DNA of 64,000 nucleotides from Eledone cirrhosa (GCA_964016885.1 OZ024741.1:118420001-118484000), one strand, 5' to 3'; shown: positions 41,290 through 60,150, counted from the stretch's first letter. The notes: generated by a model not told the origin, from the letters alone. Program-made: numbers and translations.

Positions 41290-43419
41290 CTATCCGTTAG
41301 GGTATAACGTGGGGCTGTAATATAGGAAAGTTTTGTGCAATTTATGTTTACAAGCCGAAATTGCCTCAGATTTTTTGTTTAAGATGTGGTCTGTGGCGTA
41401 GAGTATTTCCAGGGCCTCAGCGGCGCAGAGGTCACATGGTTTTTTATTTCCGTTATACGATCTAGCCCTAGCTAGGATCTCCCAGTGTAACTTATATTGG
41501 GTGTGGTTGTCCTTTAGACTCCAGATATAAGCTGAAAGTGATGTCATATTCCTTCTTAGAGGGTAACGAAAAGAATGGGCTTGCATGTAAAGACGCTGCT
41601 TGAAACTATTGGCGGTTAACCCTATGTAGGCCTTACGGGACGTGGGTGTTACAACCTTACATTTGTAGACAATGTTACTAGAGAGGCATTTCTCGGAGAG
41701 GGGGCAATCAGACCGATTCCTACAATTACAGTTAGTACTAACTACAGGGTTGCACGTGTTCCTACGGCTAGGTAGTTTAGCTAAATTTGAAGCTGTGATG
41801 TTATGTGCAAGGTTAGGAGTCGTAGAGTAAGAAATGTTAATAGTATTTCTATTAAAAATTTTACTATATTTATGTGTAAGGGGAAAATGCTTCGTAATAA
41901 GCGAAAGAAAGATCTTAGCTAATGGTGTGGCCACCACCATATTATATGGTGGGTTATACCAACAAATGCGACGGGATCTATTTCTTCTAGGTCTATTTTC
42001 GTACTCTGTATATGCTACCTTATCGACAAATCCACTTCGAGCAAGAGCTTCATCGTAATAAGTGGAATGGTCGTTGAAAATACGCTCGTTGGTGGAAAGA
42101 CGGGAAAGCCTCAACGAAACGTTTCTTACCAGGTTCTTGGTTATGCTGGCAGGATGATTGGAATGCTTACTTATGTAATTAAGCGTATCATTCGGCTTTC
42201 TATACGGGTAATACAACCCATTCAATAAATTAAGGGTAACGTCGAGGTAATTAACGACCGAGAGATTGGCCTCAACCTGTATAGAAAGGTTGAAGCCTTT
42301 AAAGAAGGCTGTGAGTTCTTTTCTGAACCTGTCGCAAGCACGAGGTCCGCACTTAGTCATGGTCAAAAGACCATCGTCACGGTACAAACCACCGCCCGCG
42401 TTGGGGAATTCGTCCTTGATAGAGAAAAGAAGGAAAAGGCCAATAAGATCAGTAACCTCCGCAGAGTCACTGGCGCCCATACTCACGTCGAATGGGGTAC
42501 TATTGGATTTTTTTATCCAAATAGAGTCGTCAAAATTAATCACCGACTTTCGGGCATTGAGGATGAAATCAACTTCGAAATCCTTAACCACTGTGAGTGT
42601 TTTAGCGAAATTGATAGCTCTAAGGAGAAGTGGTAAACTGATGGAGGAGTAGTAATTGTTGATGTCGAATTGGATAAAACGGCAATGTTCCTTGTTACAT
42701 ATGCCGTTGAACCAATCAATCACTGCGAAAGAATTGTTCCACAGTGCAAGAGGGGCCAAACTTCTAATTTCAGGTATAATTCTATCAAGAATCGTTTTAC
42801 TAAGTCTACCTAGATCGGACTTCGTAGGGTTAATAAGCCGAATAGAGGGGTTGTTCGGAAAATTGGATTTGTGATCCTTCAGGGTAAAGTGGGGAGAGAT
42901 AGGGTCCAGTGGTTCGGTCCGGTCCAGGATGTTGAGATCAGATGTGATTTTAAACCCAGCATCGTTGATTTCATTGATGACGCACCGATTAGTTTTACGG
43001 TAATCCTTAGTTACAGCATTATGTAGTAGTTGATGGTAAGTACTGCGCTCCACTTGATATAGGTTGCCAGTTTTGTCGGAATGGACGTGCACGGCGTTAG
43101 AATCCTTAATAGAACGAATTCTATTCTTCAGGTCTTGCTGGAAGGAATTGCTCCTATTCCGAAATTTGATACTTCGAATGAGTTCCAAGACATCATTTTC
43201 GAAGGGTAGCAATGCTGGGTTCCACGGGGGGTTATTATAGGTTTTAAATCCAAATTTATCCTGTTTGTTGTCTGCTTTTCGCGGATTATCGAAATAAAAG
43301 GCACGCCAACGCAACCTTTTAATGAACACGTCTGTTTTCTGTATCAGGAGTTTTAGGTATGTTTTCCTGCTTGGTACGGGTATGTTCTTTGTAGAAATAT
43401 TCAGATGTTGTTTCTGCAT
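41290..43419 (-). CDS. Naiad-type PLE polyprotein, RT plus C-terminal GIY-YIG endonuclease, 709 aa
   Basis: STKNIP, RLRW, DKTGNLY, TLKDHK, RLINP, FIQFDI, FDVSMGA, GLYRDDGL, CNCR...CPL..KCL, IVYKC...YIGLT, CDLC. Confidence 0.93.
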   Translation of the reverse strand: MQKQHLNISTKNIPVPSRKTYLKLLIQKTDVFIKRLRWRAFYFDNPRKADNKQDKFGFKTYNNPPWNPALLPFENDVLELIRSIKFRNRSNSFQQDLKNRIRSIKDSNAVHVHSDKTGNLYQVERSTYHQLLHNAVTKDYRKTNRCVINEINDAGFKITSDLNILDRTEPLDPISPHFTLKDHKSNFPNNPSIRLINPTKSDLGRLSKTILDRIIPEIRSLAPLALWNNSFAVIDWFNGICNKEHCRFIQFDINNYYSSISLPLLLRAINFAKTLTVVKDFEVDFILNARKSVINFDDSIWIKKSNSTPFDVSMGASDSAEVTDLIGLFLLFSIKDEFPNAGGGLYRDDGLLTMTKCGPRACDRFRKELTAFFKGFNLSIQVEANLSVVNYLDVTLNLLNGLYYPYRKPNDTLNYISKHSNHPASITKNLVRNVSLRLSRLSTNERIFNDHSTYYDEALARSGFVDKVAYTEYENRPRRNRSRRICWYNPPYNMVVATPLAKIFLSLITKHFPLTHKYSKIFNRNTINISYSTTPNLAHNITASNLAKLPSRRNTCNPVVSTNCNCRNRSDCPLSEKCLSSNIVYKCKVVTPTSRKAYIGLTANSFKQRLYMQAHSFRYPLRRNMTSLSAYIWSLKDNHTQYKLHWEILARARSYNGNKKPCDLCAAEALEILYATDHILNKKSEAISACKHKLHKTFLYYSPTLYPNG

Positions 43420-43627
43420 GATGAATATAAGTCAGTGTTTAACCGAGGGAGCCAAATAGTAATAATAATAAATTTGAAGACTAAAATCCAAAGAGGGCTC
43501 GATAAGGATAAATATATAACAAATATATAAGAACCGTAGAGCAAATATTTATTAAAATAACAGATTAAAGTTTAAGCAAAGAATCGCTGCTTTCACCCTT
43601 AACGGGATCTTCTGAATGTATATATAT

Positions 43628-44010
43628 ATTGTTATACTTTGGGAGGGTCATGTTGCCAATAAGAAACACACGCACCAGTTGCTTTCACTTCAATTTATTA
43701 TATATTTATAAATTTATAAATTTACAAATCTACAAACTTATAAATTTCTGGTTGGTTGGTTGGTTCCACAACCAGATAGTTGTTTATATATAGTCATAGT
43801 CCTTTCGTCACACACTCTGTGACATCTTCAGTGACTGGGGATTCCTTTCTTTGTTTCTGTGCCTTTCCTTTCTTCTGTCCTATGCCATTTTGTTTCTGTG
43901 TGTGTGTTGTGTGCTCAGTTTGCGCATGTGCCACATCCGGGTGTCTGTGTGTGTTTGTGTTCATTTATCTATTTGTTTATTTATTTACATGTTGTTGGTT
44001 GGTTGTTTGT
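43628..44010 (-). mobile_element. PLE pLTR family B copy 3 (tail-less end, extends further upstream)
   Basis: 43628-43875 matches 12138-12398; left end abuts TA; right boundary approximate. Confidence 0.85.
43792..43836 (-). ncRNA. Minimal type I hammerhead ribozyme, family B
   Basis: Minus strand AGTCA-CTGAAGA-t-GTCAC..GTGAC-GAAA-GgaC-TA-TGACT; differences from the 12460 copy fall in unpaired positions. Confidence 0.85.
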
Positions 44011-44417
44011 TCATCTATCAAATCTAATATACATACCAACACATACATATGCCGTCTTCAGAAATAATGAAATATATTTATTGATAATAACAACAATTCA
44101 AAATTACAGGTCTGTTTGGGAACAGAGTTCAAATTGACCAATGAAATACACAAAAATATATCAAGAAAATACAGTTAGGTGTGTGTATATATGTAAGTAA
44201 CTTCGTTCACAGATATGCATAAAAATATATGTTCACATGCATACGCATGTCGAAAAAATGTATGTAAATACAAAAATTCAGGGCTAATGTCTCTGTATGT
44301 TTATAATCTACAGATAAAATACACATACGTATATAAACATATATACACATTCATATATACACACACATACATTCACATACTCACGCGCATATACACATAA
44401 ACATACACATACCCACG

Positions 44418-44418
<1 letters not shown>

Positions 44419-44489
<71 letters not shown>
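44419..44489. repeat. (CA)n microsatellite
   Basis: Direct reading. Confidence 0.99.
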
Positions 44490-44493
<4 letters not shown>

Positions 44494-44733
44494 TATATTA
44501 TTATAACTACATGGATATTAAGGCACACACACAAAAACACAGCCACATACATTTTTACATCTATATGCAGAAGATGGTGAAGGGGGTCAGTAATTACTGT
44601 GGGTGTCAGAGAACTGCCTATTTATAAAATGTATCTATAAATTTAGAAATAAAAAGAAATAAATTTAAAAAAAAATAAAAATAAACAAATAAAATATATA
44701 CTCATACATAAAATACACATCGATATACATATA

Positions 44734-44765
<32 letters not shown>

Positions 44766-45143
44766 CATATACATATATATATACACATACATATACATAC
44801 ATATACACACGCATACATACATACACATATACATATAGACACATACACATACATATATAAATACATAGACACACATGCATACACACACATATATATATAT
44901 ACACACATATATACATATATATACACATACACGCACACACATATATACACACACTCACACATATATATACGTATATATACATACACACACATATCCATGT
45001 ATGTATATACACATACAACCACACACTCACACAACTCAGACATACATAAATAAAGAGATATACATACACACATATACATATATATATATAGATATATACA
45101 TACACATAAATATATATACACACACACACACACACATATACAT

Positions 45144-45185
<42 letters not shown>

Positions 45186-45189
<4 letters not shown>

Positions 45190-46332
45190 TCAGGTTATCA
45201 ATAATGTAGTGATAATATATCGTTACGTTAGAGATGAACAGCGTACGTGCAGGTTTGCTCAACGAGTATAAATTATATTCCGGAGAAATGTAGAAAGGAT
45301 GAATATAAAATGAAAGTGCTTTTGTTAAAAAAGGAATTTATTAGGTATTGACATATGTTTCTGTAACAGACCGAATACCTATGTATCGCTGCTTGCGTAA
45401 TCATATAATGTTAGCAAGTATTCGATAGCAAATGTATAATCAGTTGTCACTTCTTCAGAGATTTTGGATAAACTGGATAAAATCAGAAAAATTGAAGTAT
45501 TTATATTAGTAAAAGAGGAAGGAACAGAGGGGATAGAATATGACAGATGGTAAAATAATTTACTGCTAAACAAGTATATAATGGGTTTTTAATGAGAATA
45601 CCATGAGTAAATCTAAATAAGAATTTTGGGGGTGCCGATTTTAATTCTCTACTTGACCAACTGGACAGTGGACAGGGCTGGTCATTTGGTGCAGTAGTAT
45701 TTATCATAAAGTGTCAATTGGGGAAGAGGGAGATTTCGATTGCTACTAAATAATTTAATTCTATCAACTCTTCTATTATTTACCTTTTAATACAAACTGC
45801 TATAGATAAAACGAGATTTCTGATTTTTTGATTCAATTCCCTAGAGTAAATACCAGCTGACCACTAGCATTGATGTTATTTAGTAGCAATCGAAATCTCC
45901 CTCTTCCCCAATTGACACTTTATGATAAATACTACTGCACCAAATGACCAGCCCTGTCCACTGTCCAGTTGGTCAAGTAGAGATTAAAATCGGCACCCCC
46001 AAAATTCTTATTTAGATTTACTCATGGTATTCTCATTAAAAACCCATTATATACTTGTTTAGCAGTAAATTATTTTACCATCTGTCATATTCTATCCCCT
46101 CTGTTCCTTCCTCTTTTACTAATATAAATACTTCAATTTTTCTGATTTTATCCAGTTTATCCAAAATCTCTGAAGAAGTGACAACTGATTATACATTTGC
46201 TATCGAATACTTGCTAACATTATATGATTACGCAAGCAGCGATACATAGGTATTCGGTCTGTTACAGAAACATATGTCAATACCTAATAAATTCCTTTTT
46301 TAACAAAAGCACTTTCATTTTATATTCATCCT

Positions 46333-46337
<5 letters not shown>
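45186..46337 (-). mobile_element. Fold-back element: ~105-bp tail, ~462-bp inverted arms, 122-bp spacer (probable PLE 3' end)
   Basis: 45291-45753 is the near-perfect reverse complement of 45876-46337; TA at both outer ends; degenerate hammerhead at 46247-46286. Confidence 0.8.
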
Positions 46338-46367
<30 letters not shown>

Positions 46368-46899
46368 CATATACACATATATATATATATATATATAAAG
46401 AGAAAAATATAATAAATAAATAAATACACACAGTCAGACAATTATGCACACATATATATACATAGATATACATACACACATCTCTACAAATATATATATA
46501 CACATACACACGCACGCATACATATATACATACACACATAGATATACACATAGACATATATATACACACATATATATACATACATATACATACATATATA
46601 CATATACATACATATATATATATATATACAATCATACACACTTATTTACATGCGCACATATGTATTTTTATACTCACATACAAACACCCAAACATACATA
46701 CCTACTTACATACACATACATACATCCACGCTTACAAATACAAATAATTATGGGGGGGGGGGGGTTAAAATTATTAGTTGGAAATAGTAAATATCGGTTT
46801 CAAGGAACATAGAATATTAATCTGCATATAGATCATAATATGTGTTTACATAGTAGTTTCAGTATTAGGAAATGTAAGAAAGAAGGCAAAATTATGCAT

Positions 46900-47810
46900 T
46901 TTAATATAAGTATACTATTAATTATAGGTTAACTAAATTAAAAATAGTTAATATATTGATTTCTAAGGTGTATACTACTTAGGTTTATAATATTTGAAGC
47001 GGAATTTTGAAGTTAAACAGTAGTAGAGTATTAATTATAGCATAACTAAATTAAAAATATTAACATTATGGTATCAATATTAGGAAATGAATTTAGTAAT
47101 AGGGAAAACCAAATCAAGTATTTCATCGGTAGTAGAATATAAATTATAAATTATAGGTTAACTAAATTAAAAATTATATATTAATTTCTATAGTATATGT
47201 TAATTAGGTTTATAATAATTAAAGCAGATTTTGTATTTTATCTATAGTAGAATATAATTATATGTTAATAAAATTTATATATATATATATATATTTAATT
47301 GTAAAGAATATATTAATTAGGTATATATTTAAAAATTTATCTCGGTTTATGATTACATGATATTCTGCAATCTATCTGTATTAGAATTTTAATTTTAAGC
47401 TAATTAAATTAAAATTATAGGTTAACTAAATTAAAATTAATTTATAAATAAATTTCTAAATTGTACATTAATTAGGTTTATAATATTAAAAAATATCTCT
47501 GTTATTGATTACACGATATTTTGTTATATTTCATCTGTAAAGGAAATTTAATAAAAGGTTAAATAAACTAAAATTAATCTATAAATTAATTTACAAAGTA
47601 TATATTAATTATGTTAATAATATTTAAAAGTTTTTCACAATTTATGATTACACAATATTTTTTAATCTCATCTGTAGTAGAATTTAATTAAATTAAATTT
47701 ATAGGTTAACTACATTTAAATTAAATTATATATTAATTTCTAAAATATATATTATTAATTAAGTTTATAATATTTAAATGTTTTTCTCAGTTTATGATTA
47801 CACGATATAA
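46900..47810 (-). repeat. Degenerate AT-rich tandem repeat (~120-155 bp period) derived from the end of the Naiad ORF
   Basis: TTTATGATTACACGATAT-like motif at ~47346, 47503, 47641, 47791; TTATAGGTTAACTAAATTAAAA-like motif at ~46922, 47035, 47151, 47415, 47699. Confidence 0.7.
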
Positions 47811-48650
47811 TTAATTCCTGTCGCTTATTTAATAGGATATCCTTAGATTTCATTATTTCAAATAGTTCTTGGGAACATAATCTACATTCATTTCTATTAT
47901 TTTGATAAGGGGTGGCTCTTTTGAGCACACTCCAGGTCATATCATATTCTATATTCTTATTTCTATAACTATTAATTTTTTCTGCTAGAGATGTTGTATT
48001 AGCCAGTGTGGCATTTTTAAAACTATGTTTGTGGGTATTAAACCTTACCTTAAAATTGTTAGAAGTAGCTCCTATATATGAGCAAATAGAATCTTTAGTT
48101 TTAACTTTACATTTATAAACTATGTTGTTAACAAGACAATTTCCTTTTAATGGGCAGTTTGCTTTGTTTCTACAGTTACAACCTTTCGTTAATTCTGTAT
48201 TTGAGGAGATATTATGGTTAGTTTGATGTATTGATGGTATACTTATGGTATTTTTACATTTATATGCATTATAGGCACTTATATTTTGTTTTATGTTTTT
48301 GGTTGTTGAGTATGAGAATTTAACTGTTGACCTATATAAGATTTGATGGTATTTGTGATTTGGCGGGAAGTTTTTCTCTAGGATATAAAAAAATTTTTTA
48401 GCAATATTATCCTTAATTTGTAAATTAAATGGAGCATTATACCAAGTAACTCGTCTATTACGGTTTCTATGTTGTTTATTATTTTTATAGGTTGTATCGT
48501 GATGTTTACTAGGAGGATTAATGTTAATGACCTCACCACGCACATTTTTAGTTAGATTTATTGATTTAGGTGTTTTATCTTGTTTATTAAGAGTTTTATT
48601 ATTAACATTTATTAGAGTTGTATGATGAGTAGTTTTTTGAGAGTTACTAT
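47755..48650 (-). pseudogene. Second Naiad-type PLE, 3' fragment (linker plus GIY-YIG; RT lost)
   Basis: [37 protein letters not shown]...YIGAT..FKVRF..H..SF, CRLC, CNH. Confidence 0.9.
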
Positions 48651-50066
<1,416 letters not shown>

Positions 50067-50067
<1 letters not shown>

Positions 50068-51269
50068 CATCATCATCAACGTTTAACGTCCGTGTTCCAC
50101 GCTTGCATGGGTTTGGACGGGGTAGTCCCACTTGAGGCAAGAGTGATTTTCTTGCTCGCATAGGACTGTCTGGCAGGTTTTCTACAGTTGGATGCCCTTC
50201 CTAACGCCAACCACATTTACAGTGTGGGTCTGGGAGGTTTTTACCGTGTTGCCTACACGGCCACATTACAGCGTGGACTGTGTGTTTTTTTGTCGTGACA
50301 CCTACACGATCTCATTTGTTTCGGCCTGGATGGCGCGGCACCAACATAACTTTACATAGAACGGGGTGGTGTGGATGGGGTGGGGGTTGTGGTGGTGGGA
50401 CGGGGTGTATTTTGTTAGAGATGCCTACTGGCAAGGGGGGTCTTCTCTATTACTGAGTACCGCCAAAGGTCTCGGTCCAGTGACATTGTCTTGGTGAGGT
50501 GTAAGTGTGTGAGGTCGGTGTTTATCAGCTCGTCCCAGGTTTTTCTGGGTCTGCCTATTCCGTGGCTACCGTCTATCTTTATTGCCCTGCACTTTGTTAT
50601 ACAGCTATCATCCTTCATGCGCATCACGTGACCATACCAACGTAGCCTTCTCTCTAGTAAACAACATCTGATCCCTCTTATTTCTAATTTTTTCCTTAGT
50701 TCGTTTATGCTTTGTCGTTCACGTATATTACTATTACACATCCAGCGGAGCATGCAAGCTTCGTTTCTCTCTAGTCTGCGTATATCCTCTGCACACAATG
50801 CCCAGGTCTCACTGCCATGCAACATTGCTGTTCGTATGCAGGCATCGTACAGCCTGCCTTTCATTTTTAGGGAGAACCCTTTAGCGGCTAATAGTGGTAT
50901 AAGCTCTCTGAACTTTTTCCACCCAGTTCTGACTCTAGCTACTGTACTTTCAGAGCACGCTCCCCCACTGCTGATTTTGTCACCCAGGTAACGGAAGCTG
51001 TCCACTATTTCTATAGAACCCTCTGCGCAGTTGAAAGAGCTAGTATTTTGTGGGCACTTGCTGCTACTTATATCCCCAGAACACCGGCCACATGTAAAAT
51101 CTATGTTCTTAGTTAGCTTACCTGTGATCCCACTACATCTTTTATGCACCCAAACTTTGCATTTGGGACACAAAATGGAATTTCTACCTACGCCTTTCCT
51201 ACACTCTGTGCATGGCCACTTCCCGGTGGGGACCGCCGCCTTATTTTCTTTCTTACAAACTAGAACTTT
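50067..51269 (-). mobile_element. 5'-truncated RTE-type LINE (Cys-rich domain to 3' tail)
   Basis: [44 protein letters not shown]; same subfamily as 16161-17402. Confidence 0.93.
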
Positions 51270-51291
51270 ATGTATATATATGTGTATATGT

Positions 51292-51813
51292 ATCATCATC
51301 ATTATCGTTTAACGTCCATGTTCCACGCTTGCATGGGTTTGAGGCAAGAGTGGTTGTCTTGCTTGCATAGGACTGTCTGGCGGGTTTTCTACAGCTGGAT
51401 GCCCTTCCTAACACCAACCACATTTACAGTGTGGGACTGGGAGGTTTTTACAGTGTTGCCTACACGGCCACATTACAGCGTGGACTGTGTGTTTCTTGTC
51501 GTGACACCTACACGATCTCATTTGTTTCGGCCTGGATGTTGTGGCACCAACATAACTTTACATTGAAAGAGGCGGTGTGGATGGGGGGGGGGGTGTATTT
51601 TGTTAGAGATGCCTACTGACTGTTGTAGGTTGTACTTTGTATTTAGGTAAGGCGGGTCTTCTCTATTACTGAGTACCGCCAAAGGTCTCGGTCCAGTGAC
51701 ATTGTCTTGGAGAGGTGTAAGTGTGTGAGGTCGGAATTTATCAGCTCGTCCCAGGTTTTTCTAGGTCTGCCTACTCCGTGGCTACCATCTATCTTTATTG
51801 CCCTGCACTTCGT
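51292..51813 (-). mobile_element. Short RTE-type 3' end copy, head-to-tail with the previous copy
   Basis: [20 protein letters not shown]...EKTRLT stop, 3' UTR homologous to 50067-50430. Confidence 0.92.
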
Positions 51814-53736
<1,923 letters not shown>

Positions 53737-53955
53737 GGAACGATCGACTTTCGTCAAATCGGACCGAGGAAACTATGTTTCCGTTGGTCTTTCCAATTGC
53801 TAATACTATCTATCGGTCGGAAGTCCAGGTAGAAGGAGCAACGTGAAATAAAGTGTCTTGCTCAAGGACATAACGCATCGCCCGGTCCAGGAATTGAACT
53901 TACGACCTTATGATTCCGAATCAATTCTCTAACCACTCAGCCACACGCCTTCACT
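53737..53955 (-). mobile_element. tRNA-derived SINE with CORE-like segment
   Basis: Minus strand A box TGGCTGAGTGG, B box AAGTTCAATTCC, then GTCCTTGAGCAAGACACTTTATTTCAC. Confidence 0.85.
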
Positions 53956-56344
<2,389 letters not shown>

Positions 56345-56392
56345 TCTCTTTTACCTGTTTTAGCCATCCGGCTGAGGCCATGCTGGGGCACC
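56345..56392 (-). mobile_element. SINE 3' end fragment
   Basis: TCTTTTACCTGTTTTAGCCAT...GGCCATGCTGGGGCAC resembles a common cephalopod SINE terminus (from memory). Confidence 0.5.
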
Positions 56393-56394
56393 TG

Positions 56395-56635
56395 AATTTC
56401 AAAATTCAAACCTGTTCTGTAGACGAATTTGAACCTTTCGAGGTTCAAATTCGTCTACAGAACAGGTTTGAATTTTGAAATTTAAATCTGTCAAGGAATC
56501 ATGGCAGTTGCCAATATAAGCTTGTCTTATTGACTTGTATCGAGACAGACAAATTGTATTCACTTTAATTAGTTTATTTCATTAATAGCTAACTTTGTCT
56601 GTTGCAATATAAACACATTTCGTGTTTATCATATA
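56395..56635 (+). mobile_element. Fold-back element (42-bp arms, TTCG loop), diverged relative of 58795-59005
   Basis: Arms 56395-56436 and 56441-56482; collinear shared motifs TTTTGAAATTTAAA, TTGCCrATAT, TATTGA, ATCGAsACAGrCA, GTGTTTATCATATAT. Confidence 0.7.
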
Positions 56636-57154
56636 TATATTTATATGTATATATATATTTATATGTATATATATATTTATATGTATATATATATTTATAT
56701 GTATATATATATTTATATATATTTATATGTATGTATATATATGTATATATGTATATATATGTATATATATGTATATATATATATATATATATATGTATAA
56801 TGTATATATATGTATGTATATATATGTATATGTATATATATGTATATATATATATGTATATATATGTATATGTATGTATATATATGTATATGTATATATA
56901 TGTATATATATGTATATATATGTATATATATATATGTGTATATATATATATGTATATAAATTATATGTGTATATATATAATATGTATATATATATATGTG
57001 TATATATATATATGTATATATATATATGTATAATATATATATATGTATATATATATATGTATATATATGTATATATATATGTTATATATATGTATATATA
57101 TATGTATATATATGTATATATGTATGTATATATATATGTGTATATATATATATG

Positions 57155-57187
<33 letters not shown>

Positions 57188-57205
57188 GTATATTATATAT
57201 ATATG

Positions 57206-57236
<31 letters not shown>

Positions 57237-57371
57237 GTATATATATATATTATGTATATATATATATATGTATATATATGTATATATATATATATGTATA
57301 TATATATATGTATATATATATATGTGTAGTATATATATATGTATATATATATATATGTGTATATATATATG

Positions 57372-57402
<31 letters not shown>

Positions 57403-57516
57403 GTATTATATATATGTATATATATGTATATATATGTGTATATATATATATGTATATATATATATGTGTATATATGTGTATATATATATATGTATATATT
57501 ATATGTATATATATGT

Positions 57517-57550
<34 letters not shown>

Positions 57551-57841
57551 GTATATATATATGTATATATATGTATATATATATATGTATATATATGTGT
57601 TTATATATATGTATATATATGTATATATATGTATATATATTGTATATATATATATATATGTATATATTGTATATATATATATATATGTATATATATGTAT
57701 ATATATATATATATGTATATATATGTATATATATATGTATATATATATGTATATATATATGTATATATATATGTATATATATGTATATATATATGTATAT
57801 ATATATGTATGTATATATATATATATGTATATATATATATG

Positions 57842-57872
<31 letters not shown>

Positions 57873-58577
57873 GTATATATATATGTATATATATGTATAT
57901 ATATATGTATATATATGTATATATATATGTATATATATATGTATATATATATGTGTATATATATATGTGTATATATATGTGTATATATATGTGTATATAT
58001 ATATGTATATATATATGTATATATATATGTATATATATATGTATATATATATATGTATATATATATGGATATATATATGGATATATATATGTATATATAT
58101 ATGTATATATATATGGATATATATATGGATATATATATGTATATATATATGGATATATATATGGATATATATATGTATATATATATGTATATATATATGT
58201 GTATATATATGTGTATATATATGTGTATATATATGTGTATATATATGTGTATATATATGTGTATATTATGTGTATATATATGTGTATATATGTGTATATA
58301 TATGTATATATATGTATATATATGTATATATGTATGTATATATGTATATATATGTATATATGTATATATATGTATGTATGTATGTATGTATATATGTCTA
58401 TATGTCTATGGATATATATATGTATATATGTATATGTATATATGTCTATATGTCTATGGATATATATATGTATATATGTATATATGTATATATATATGTA
58501 TATGTATATATGTGTATGTATATATGTCTATATATATATGTGTATGTATATATATGTGTGTATATATATGTATATAT
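56636..58577. repeat. Irregular (TA)nTG microsatellite
   Basis: Direct reading; TATGGA variants clustered at 58066-58170. Confidence 0.99.
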
Positions 58578-59080
58578 ATTAATATATGATAAACACTTAC
58601 GTGTTTTTGTTGTAATTGACAATAAAATAGCTAGAATGAAATATCTTAATTCAAATACATATAGTCTGCCTGTGTCGATCTAAAAAATAATAAATCAATA
58701 CTCACAAACACATATCGGCAAAATTAATTATCTCACTACTAATTAATTAATTATTTCACTATTATACCATCCTTTGTGAAACATGTTTTAATTTTGAAGT
58801 TCGGACTGATCTGCGGAAAAAGTTTGTATTTTGAAATTTAAACGTGTTTAGGTACCACGGCCTTTTGCCGATATGTGTTTGTGAGTATTGATTTATTATT
58901 TTTTAGATCGACACAGGCAGACTATATGTATTTGAATTAAGATATGTCATTCTAGCTATTTTATTTTCAATTACAACAAAAACACGTAAGTGTTTATCAT
59001 ATATTAATTTATACTGCTCAGAAATGATTCTTAGAGCTAAAATAATTGTAAATGACCCCATTGAGTGTAAACTCTAAATT
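58578..59080 (+). mobile_element. Fold-back element: 146-bp arms, 139-bp spacer, ~70-bp tail
   Basis: 58578-58723 vs 58863-59008 near-perfect inverted repeat; tail 59009-59080; TA on both sides. Confidence 0.8.
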
Positions 59081-59102
59081 ATATTATATATGTATATATA
59101 TA

Positions 59103-59143
<41 letters not shown>

Positions 59144-59592
59144 ATATATATGTGTGTATATATATGTGTGTATATATATATGTGTGTATATATATATGTG
59201 TGTATATATATATGTGTGTGTATATATATGTGTGTATATATATATGTGTGTATATATATATGTGTGTGTATATATATGTGTGTGTATATATATATGTGTG
59301 TATATATATATATGTGTGTATATATATGTGTGTAGATATATATATGTGTGTATATATATATATGTGTGTATATATGTGTATATATATGTATATATATGTG
59401 TATATATATATATATATGTGTATATATATATATGTGTATATATATATATATATATGTGTATATATATATATATTTGTATATATATATGTGAGTATATATA
59501 TATATGTGTATATATATGTGTGAGTATATATATATGTGTATATATATATATGTGTATATATATATATTTGTATATATATATATGTGTATATA

Positions 59593-59626
<34 letters not shown>

Positions 59627-60150
59627 AATATATATGTATATATATGTGTGTATATATATATGTGTGTATATATATATGTGTGTATATATATATGTGTGTA
59701 TATATATGTGTGTATATATATGTGTGTAGATATATATATGTAGATATATATGTGTGTATATATATGTGTATATATATATGTGTATATATATGTATATATA
59801 TGTGTATATATATATATATGTGTATATATATATATATGTGTATATATATATATATGTGTATATATATATATATTTGTATATATATATGTGAGTATATATA
59901 TATGTGTATATATATATATGTGTATATATATATATATTTGTATATATATATATGTGTATATATATATATATATATGTGTATATATATATATGTATATATA
60001 TGTGTATATATATATATGTTATATATGTGTATATGTATATATATATATATGTGTATATGTATATATATGTGTATATGTGTATATGTATATATATCTGTGT
60101 ATGTGTATATGTGTCTGTATATGTATATATATGTCTGTATATGTATATAT
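59081..60150. repeat. Irregular (TA)n(TG)m microsatellite
   Basis: Direct reading. Confidence 0.99.

Larger units (their letters stand above)
40213..43616 (-). mobile_element. Apparently full-length Naiad-type PLE with direct pLTRs
   Basis: 158-bp direct repeats 40213-40370 and 43459-43616 flank one intact ORF; TA on both sides. Confidence 0.92.

Noticed and set aside
41290-43419. Selenoprotein-type Naiad
   Set aside because: No in-frame TGA here or in the 47755-48650 fragment; conserved positions are Cys. No SECIS search was possible.
40213-43616. LTR retrotransposon, suggested by direct terminal repeats
   Set aside because: No TG...CA ends, gag, protease or integrase; RT plus GIY-YIG and a hammerhead identify PLE pLTRs.
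45379-46249. Identical short ORFs on opposite strands (also 12259 and 12331)
   Set aside because: Trivial consequence of the inverted repeats; no domain signal.
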